This document shows, piece by piece, positions 57,146-64,000 of a stretch of DNA of 64,000 nucleotides. The notes below the pieces were generated by a model that made no database searches, was not told where the DNA came from, and saw only the letters and a program-made list of their open reading frames with translations. Each line of letters opens with the position of its first letter. The first letter of the stretch is position 1. Source of the DNA: Felis catus (taxonomy: Eukaryota); contig NC_058382.1 in the NCBI RefSeq assembly GCF_018350175.1, positions 48,858,001-48,922,000 on the forward strand. Reading direction: 5' to 3'. The position numbers and the translations under genes were made by a program.

Positions 57146-57375
57146 TTTTTTTTAAAGCTTATTTATTTTGAGAGAGTTGTATACACACAAGCCGAGGAAG
57201 GGCAGAGAGAGAGGGAGACAGACAGAGGGAGAGGGAGGGAATCCCAAGCAGGTTCTGCACTGTCCGAACTGGACGCGAGGTTTGATCCCACACCGTGGGA
57301 GCATGACCCTGGGAGCGTGACCTGAGCCGAGATCAACAGTCAGATGCTGAACTGACTGAGCCACCCAGGCGCCCC
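57146..57375 (-). mobile_element. Can-SINE
   Basis: Reverse SINEC structure. Confidence 0.8.
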
Positions 57376-57376
57376 T

Positions 57377-57790
57377 ATGACGATTAATTTTATGCATCAA
57401 CTTGGCTAGGTCATGGTGTCCAGAAGTTTGGTCAAGTACTCCTCTGGATATTGTTGTACAGGTATTTTCTAGATATGATTGACAGTCGACTGTTTGACTA
57501 AAGCAGATCTCTCGCTATAACGTGGGTGGGCCATATCCATTCACTTCAGGGCATTAAAAAAAGCACCAAGGTCTCCAGAGGAAAAAGGAATTCAGCCCCT
57601 AGACTACCTTTGAACTCAAGAACCCAACATCAAACGTTCTTAGGTCTCCACCATGTCCACTGCCCTACAGATTTTGGACTTACCGGCCCCTACAGTCTGG
57701 TGAGCCAAATCCTTAAAATAAACCTCACCCTCCATACACACATCCTATAGGCTCTTTCTCTTTTTCTAGGCTTTATTGGTGCCTAATACA
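57377..57790 (+). mobile_element. MLT2-like LTR
   Basis: gattaattttatgcatcaacttggctagg...tgagccaaatccttaaaataaacctc...ctaatac. Confidence 0.65.
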
Positions 57791-58767
57791 GAGGCAGGGC
57801 TTCCCTGCAGCACACACCAGATCTGTGGATTGCCTCGTCCACTCACCACAGAAGACCGAGGCTGGAACAGAGAGGGCTGGAGGACTTCTGGGGCACCTGA
57901 AGAGGCAGAGAGGATAGTGACCCACTCAAAACAACTCAGTAGTCCTTTATTAGACACTGTCAGCTCAGCCGAAGCGTCCGGTCTCACCAGAAGGCCATTT
58001 GAGAATACCTGTCAAAACTGTACGTCATCACACTCTGTGATCTGGCAATTTTATTTCCATAAATTTACCTTGGGAAAATAACTGGACTCAGGGATATTGG
58101 TAGACCTACAAACAGGACTGTTATAATAATGAGAAAATAAATGTACTTAGAGGAGAGGCTAAAGTTTTAAATGAGACACCCGGTCTATGCAGTACTATGC
58201 AGGCCCCATAAAAGGAAAATGAAGAACTCTCACTTCTGGGTCGGATGGAGTTGTTGGCAGCCAAATAATGTTCCCACTGAAAACAACTAGAAAAGCCAGA
58301 GGAACAGACGATATTTCAGGTTTAAGAGAGGTACAGAAGCAACAGTGGCCAGAAGGGTTAAGGATGTGCAGAGGGAAGAGCCACAGAGGTGCAAAGTGAC
58401 AACTTTCAGCCATCTGCAATTGCCAATTCTGGCAAGAGGCTAAGGATCCAGGTTTTCCCCGGGGGGAAGGCTGCAGGTGAGACAAGAGAAATTAGCAGAG
58501 CCGTTTATAATCTCACAGACTGCAGTGACAAAACCGGAAGCCTGAGGAACCTCAAATATATGTTCAGTTATCACCATTACCTGAAGTCTGAAATTTTATA
58601 AAATGGGAACCTTAAAAGGTGACCCTCAGATGGTTCCAGCCCCCGGCCTTCAGGCCCCCCACTCCCCCCGCCGATGCCACACGGGGTGGAAATAAGCTGA
58701 CGCCCCCAAGTCCTGCCCAAACGACAGATTCATGAACAAAGTAGATGACTGGTGTTTTAGAAATGAC

Positions 58768-58967
58768 TTTTTTAAGCTTATTTATTTATTTTGAGAGATG
58801 CAGAGACAGCACGAGTGGGGGAGGGGCAGAGAGAGAGGGAGAGAGAATCCCAAGCAGGCTCCGCGCTGTCAGCACAAAACTGGACGCGGGGCTCCAACTC
58901 ACGAGCCGCGAGATCCTGACCTGAGCCGAAGTCAGACGCTTAACCGACTGAGCCACCCAGGCGCCCC
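58768..58967 (-). mobile_element. Can-SINE
   Basis: Reverse SINEC structure. Confidence 0.85.
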
Positions 58968-59152
58968 CAGAGTAGAGAATTGAGGAGCTTAAGCCCTCCT
59001 GTTGTGCTGCCTGGATTGGAATCCTTCCTCCACTACTTCTCCTCTAAGTCAACCAAATTCTTTAACCTCTCCGAGCCTGAGTTTTAGCTTCTTCAATTTG
59101 GGAACAGTAGAACCTGCCTCAGAGGGTGGTTATGAATCTAAAACGACCCGTG

Positions 59153-60595
59153 TCTGGCACAAAAACAGACATTCAGATCAATAGAACAGAATAGAGAACC
59201 CAGAAATGGACCCCCAAACGTATGGCCAGCTAATCTTTGACAAAGCAGGAAAGAATGTTCAGTGGAATAAAGACAGTCTCTTCAGAAAGTGGCGCTGGGA
59301 AAACTGGACAGCGACATGCAGAAGAATGAACTTGGACCACTTTCTTACACCACACAGAAAAATAAACTCAAAATGGATGAAAGACCTCAATGTAAGACAG
59401 GAAGCCATCAAAATCCTCAAGGAGAAAGCAGGCGAAAACCTCTTTGACCTTGGCCGCAGCAACTTCTTACTCAACACGTCTCCGGAGGCAAGGGAAACGA
59501 AAGCAAAAATGAACTACTGGGACCTCATCAAAATAAAAAGCTTCTGCACAGCGAAGGAAACAATCAGCAAAACTAAAAGGCAACCTTCGGAATGGGAGAA
59601 GATATTTGCAAACGACGTATCAGATAAAGGGTTAGTATCCAAAATCGAGAAAGAACTTATCAAACTCAACACCCACAAAACAAATAGTCCAGTGAAGAAA
59701 TGGGCCAAAGACATGAATAGACACTTCTCCAAAGAAGACATCCAGATGGCCAACCGACACGTGAAAAAATGCTCAACGTCACGCGTCATCAGGGAAATAC
59801 AAATCAAAACCACCACGAGATACCACCTCACCCCTGTCAGAATGGCTAACGTGAACAACTCAGGCAACCACAGATGTTGGCGAGGATGCGGAGAGAGAGG
59901 ATCTCTTTTGCACTGCTGGTGGGAACGCAAGCCGGTGCAGCCACTCTGGAAAATAGGATGGAGCTTCCTCAAAAAATCAGAAATAGAAGTACCCTAGGAC
60001 CCAGCAATTGCACTACCAGGCATTTATCCAAGGGATACAGGTGTGCCGTTTCGAAGGAACACACGCACCCCAATGTTCACAGCAGCGCTAACAACAATAG
60101 CCAAAGTAAGGAAAGAGCCCAAATGTCCATCGATGGATGAACGGATAAAGAAGATGTGGTACGTATGTACAATGGAGCATTACTCGGCCATCAAAGAGAA
60201 TGAAATCTTGCCGTTTGCAACCACATGGATGGAACTAGAGGGTATTATGCTAAGTGCAAGTAGTCAGCCAGAGAAAGACAAATATCATAGGACTTCACTC
60301 ATAGGAGGACTTTAAGATACAAAACAGAGGAACGTAAGGGAAGGGAAGCAAAAATAACATAAAAACAGAGAGGGGGACAAAACAGAAGAGACTCTTAAAT
60401 ATGGAGAACAAACCGAGGGTGGCTGGAAGGGTTGTGGGAGGGGGGATGGGCTAAATGGGGAAGGGGCACTAAGGAACCTACTCCTGAAATCATTGTTGCA
60501 CTATAGGCTAACTAACTTGAATGTAATTTAAAAAAATAAAAAAAATAATAAACTAAAAAAAAAAATCTAAAAATAAATAAATTAATAAATAAAAT
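59153..60595 (+). mobile_element. 5'-truncated carnivore LINE-1 (ORF2 C-terminus, 3' UTR, A tail) inserted in a MIR
   Basis: ORF 59206-59997 ([21 protein letters not shown]...[17 protein letters not shown]) is L1 ORF2 C-terminal Cys-rich region with in-frame stops; A-rich tail; MIR halves on both sides. Confidence 0.93.
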
Positions 60596-60832
60596 GATCC
60601 ATGGCAAGAACTTAGCCGACTTAGCCTGGCACCTGCTGCTGTTATTTTTACCAGCATTGTCTGATGGCCGTATGGATATAAAAACGCCCTCCCTCATTCT
60701 CTCCCAGGGAGCTTGTCTGCCCAGCTCCTGGTGGAAAGGCCTCAGGTGTGTGGGTCGGATGAGTTAATATTGATTGGTCTAGGCAATTTCCAAACATGGG
60801 ATGGCTTGGGGTTTTAAAATCTGGACTCTCTC

Positions 60833-61037
60833 TGGGGCGCCTGGGTGGCTCAGTTGGTTAAGCGTCCGACTTCAGCTCCCATCATGATCTCACAGTTCTT
60901 GGGTTCACGCCCGGCGTTGGGCTCTGTGCTGACAGCTCAGAGCCCAGAGCCTGCTTTAGATTCTGTGTCTCCCTCTCTCTCTGCCCCTCCCCTGCTTGCG
61001 CTCTGTCTCTCTCTCAAAAATAAACACTAAAAAAAAT
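60833..61037 (+). mobile_element. Can-SINE
   Basis: Full SINEC; tttaaa.tctgga.tctc TSD-like repeat. Confidence 0.85.
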
Positions 61038-61300
61038 GATTTAAAGTCTGGATTCTCTCCTTTTAGGGCATGTATTGCCAGGCAAATGTTCTATCCCTCT
61101 GAGCCTGCTTCTTGCCCCCCAAAACAGGGTTAAGGCTGTCTACCGAACAGGGTGAACACGTGGGGATGTTATAAGGCACCGTTCTGACACAAAGTGAGTC
61201 CCTGATAAATAGCAGCTATTAACACTAGTAACACTTATCCTGTGATACAGCAGGTAACAAATTAATTACTTTGGAAGGAAAACAAGGGTGGGGAATAACC

Positions 61301-61514
61301 TTTTTTTAAGTTTGTGTTATTTATTTTGAGAGAGGGAGAGAAAAAATGCGTAAGTGGGAGAGGGGCAGAGAGAGGGGGCGGGGGGCGGAGAGAATCCCAA
61401 GCAGGCTCTGCGCTGACAGTCCAGAGCCCAATGCAGGGCTCGAAGTCATGAACCGTGAAATCATGACCCTAGCCAAAGTCACATGTTTCACTGACTGAGC
61501 CACCCAGGCACCCA
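61301..61514 (-). mobile_element. Can-SINE
   Basis: Reverse SINEC structure. Confidence 0.82.
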
Positions 61515-62246
61515 GGAATCACTTTTTAATGCAGAATTTGGGGAGCTTTAAAATTTTTGTATTATCTCTATTGTTTTAAAATTGTAATCCACATTTTAAT
61601 AAATTTTAAGAAGATTAATACATTCCAATTATCAATAGAAATGTAAATATGCTATATTGTGTGCCACACACACATTTTTATCCCCATTTACAGGTGACTT
61701 GAGGCTCTCATTCGTTTCTACCAGACAATCCATTTGTGACCAACGGCCGCTGGTCAGAGCTCGGTTTCCCGACCGTGGTCACGCCACAGTCTCCCTCCTG
61801 CTGGCCTTACAGAAATTCAACCCAAGTGTCCCACAAACGACTAAATTCTAGAAAGTTACACAGCTGTGGAGGAGGGGAGGGGCTGTGCTCTTGGGGAGCC
61901 TAGATGGGGAGGGGCAAGGCCACGCCCCGGGTCCGCAGTGGTACAGGCTCCGCAGGCTCCCGATTTTCCACCAGTGCCCTTCTCCCTGAAGAGTCCACAC
62001 CTCGAACGGAACTGGAGAACAAATAAACAAGAACAACCACATAACATACTGCCTCCAGTGCTTACGAAGGTCCCTGCTTGAGGGGAGAAGACGGAGTGAG
62101 GGGGAGAGTGCTAGATTCATGTCAAAAACCAAGGGAACCCGCGGTTATCCCATAACAAAGTCCTCCAGCTCACGGGAGAAACCAACAGACAGACCTCCGT
62201 GGGATTCGGGGAGGATAAAGAGCCAGCGCAAGACTCTGCCGTGCCA

Positions 62247-62460
62247 GGGGGCGCCTGGGTGGTTCAGTCGGTGAAGTATCTGACTTTGGCTTCGGGCCTG
62301 ATCTCATGGTTTGTAGGTTCAAGCCCCGCGTTGGGCTCTGTGCAGACAGCTCAGAGCCTGGGGCCTGCTTTGGATTCTGTGTGTGTGTGTGTCTGCCCTT
62401 CCCCTGCTCACACTCTGTCTCTTTCTCTCAAAAATAAACAAACATTAAAAACACAAAAAA
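62247..62460 (+). mobile_element. Can-SINE
   Basis: SINEC with aagact..g.gtgcc TSD-like flanks. Confidence 0.82.
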
Positions 62461-63659
62461 AGACTGCGGTGCCTAAGTAAGTGGGTGGAGTGAGGGAAGG
62501 GAGAACACTGCAGCAGTAGTTTTGATTCATTCTGCAACGGTTAGGTCTAGTCGCTTAGCTGTGTGTGATAAGAGACTGGAAAACAATTGGAGAAAGATTC
62601 CCACTATGACGTAGGAGTTTCTCAGCGTGGGGCATCGATCGGGTTGTCTGGTGAGAGCTGGTGTCCTCAAAGCAAAGAGAAAACAGAATTTGCTCAATTA
62701 CACGCCACCGACATAACGGTCCGAGCGTCTCAAAGTGCTCACGTGAGCAGCAGGGAAACAGATACGATTACCTTGAAAGGGAAAAAGAAGGTTCTGAGAG
62801 CCGACCACTGTCAGGTGGGAAACAGGAAGCCAGTAGCCCCGTGCTAAGCGATTCATCAGCAGATAACGTTGAGTGGCTTAACGTAAACACCCTGATGGAA
62901 GGCTGCCATTAGAGCTTCAACCCAAACCCCTCGAGGAAGAGGAGGAAGAAAAGCAGGAGTTTTCAGTTTTTAAACAGACAAATTTAAAAATGAGTATTTC
63001 TTTAAGAAATAGAGCACACATACACTACGCCCCCCTCCAAATGTATAAGAAATGGTACAGGTAGGTTTCTCATTGTAAGTAAATTTTACTCCCTACCCCC
63101 TAAGAAAACAAAACCAAAAACCAAAAACTTGAAATACACATGGAACTCTAGTTAATGCTACAAAAGCTGAACTGTTTTGGAGGAGGAGGGGTCAGCTTCC
63201 ATGATGAAAGAGAATGCTTCTACCAAACTGACCTTCCAAACGGTAACAGTTACACATTTAGAACAAAATACAGAATGTAATGCCCCAGAGGAACAAAGGC
63301 AGGCAGTTTTTAGAGGTGGGTCAAACGGAGCAGCAGCCTGAGCCACGGAGCAGCTAAAACTCCAACAGTAAAACCCACCAAGCTCTGGACACCACGAAAG
63401 GCGCCTCAGAAGAACCCAGGCTGCAAGAGAGCAAAGGGGAGCCTGAGAAAGGAGGCTGTCAGAGAAGGAAGATGCTCAATTACAGTGAAAACTCACTCAA
63501 GTCTCAGGCTGGCCCTAGAAATGTGCTTTGTGGGCAAATCATTTCAGATATGCCAACCCCTAGTCCCGGGAGCCCAACTTTTCCAATCTCTACTCTCTCC
63601 ATCTCTCTCTCTCTCAATATATATATTGGGAGGGAGGTATATGGATATATACCCACATA

Positions 63660-63660
63660 C

Positions 63661-63716
<56 letters not shown>

Positions 63717-63721
63717 GTATG

Positions 63722-63758
<37 letters not shown>
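63660..63758. repeat. (TA)n microsatellite
   Basis: Long interrupted TA dinucleotide run. Confidence 0.9.
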
Positions 63759-63761
<3 letters not shown>

Positions 63762-64000
63762 GGGAGCTTTAAAATTTTTGTATTATTTATATATAATATA
63801 TATAGATTTATATATCTATATGTATAGGTATATATATCTCCTATAGGCTCTCTCTCTCTCTTTTTATATGGTCTCTATTGGTGCCTAATCCAGAGGCGGC
63901 TCAGGAAAGCTAACATCCCAGAGTCATCCACCAAGGAAGAGGCAGTGCAGGCATTCAGACCCAGGCCAGGTCAGCTCCAAAGTTATGCTCTTGACCAAAT

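Noticed and set aside
59206..60315. 263-aa and 90-aa ORFs as host genes
   Set aside because: They are fragments of L1 ORF2 in a 5'-truncated copy with stops.
61560..63450. Unique AT-rich sequence that might be the 3' UTR of a neighbouring minus-strand gene
   Set aside because: No coding exon or recognisable identity within the window, so it cannot be supported.

Overview
Mammalian genomic DNA, most likely felid (dense carnivore Can-SINEs including young SINEC_Fc-type copies, plus a carnivore L1), syntenic with human 16q22. In order it contains: the 3' part of AARS1 (17 coding exons, + strand, 1834-15245, one GC-AG intron); intronless EXOSC6 in a CpG island (16869-17687, +); a six-exon minus-strand gene (25442-19568) encoding about 189 aa that matches the hnRNP C/RALY/RALYL family exon by exon but has no visible RRM exon; a tRNA-Gly(GCC) gene with U38 in an intron of that gene; and a complete 12-exon CLEC18 gene (47957-35122, -). 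The rest is mostly SINE, L1, LTR and DNA-transposon relics. The most interesting observation is the RRM-less RALY/hnRNP C-like gene, a candidate fourth vertebrate ohnolog of the family. All homology calls rest on recalled protein and repeat sequences and on manual splice-phase checks, not on database searches. Repeat boundaries are approximate.
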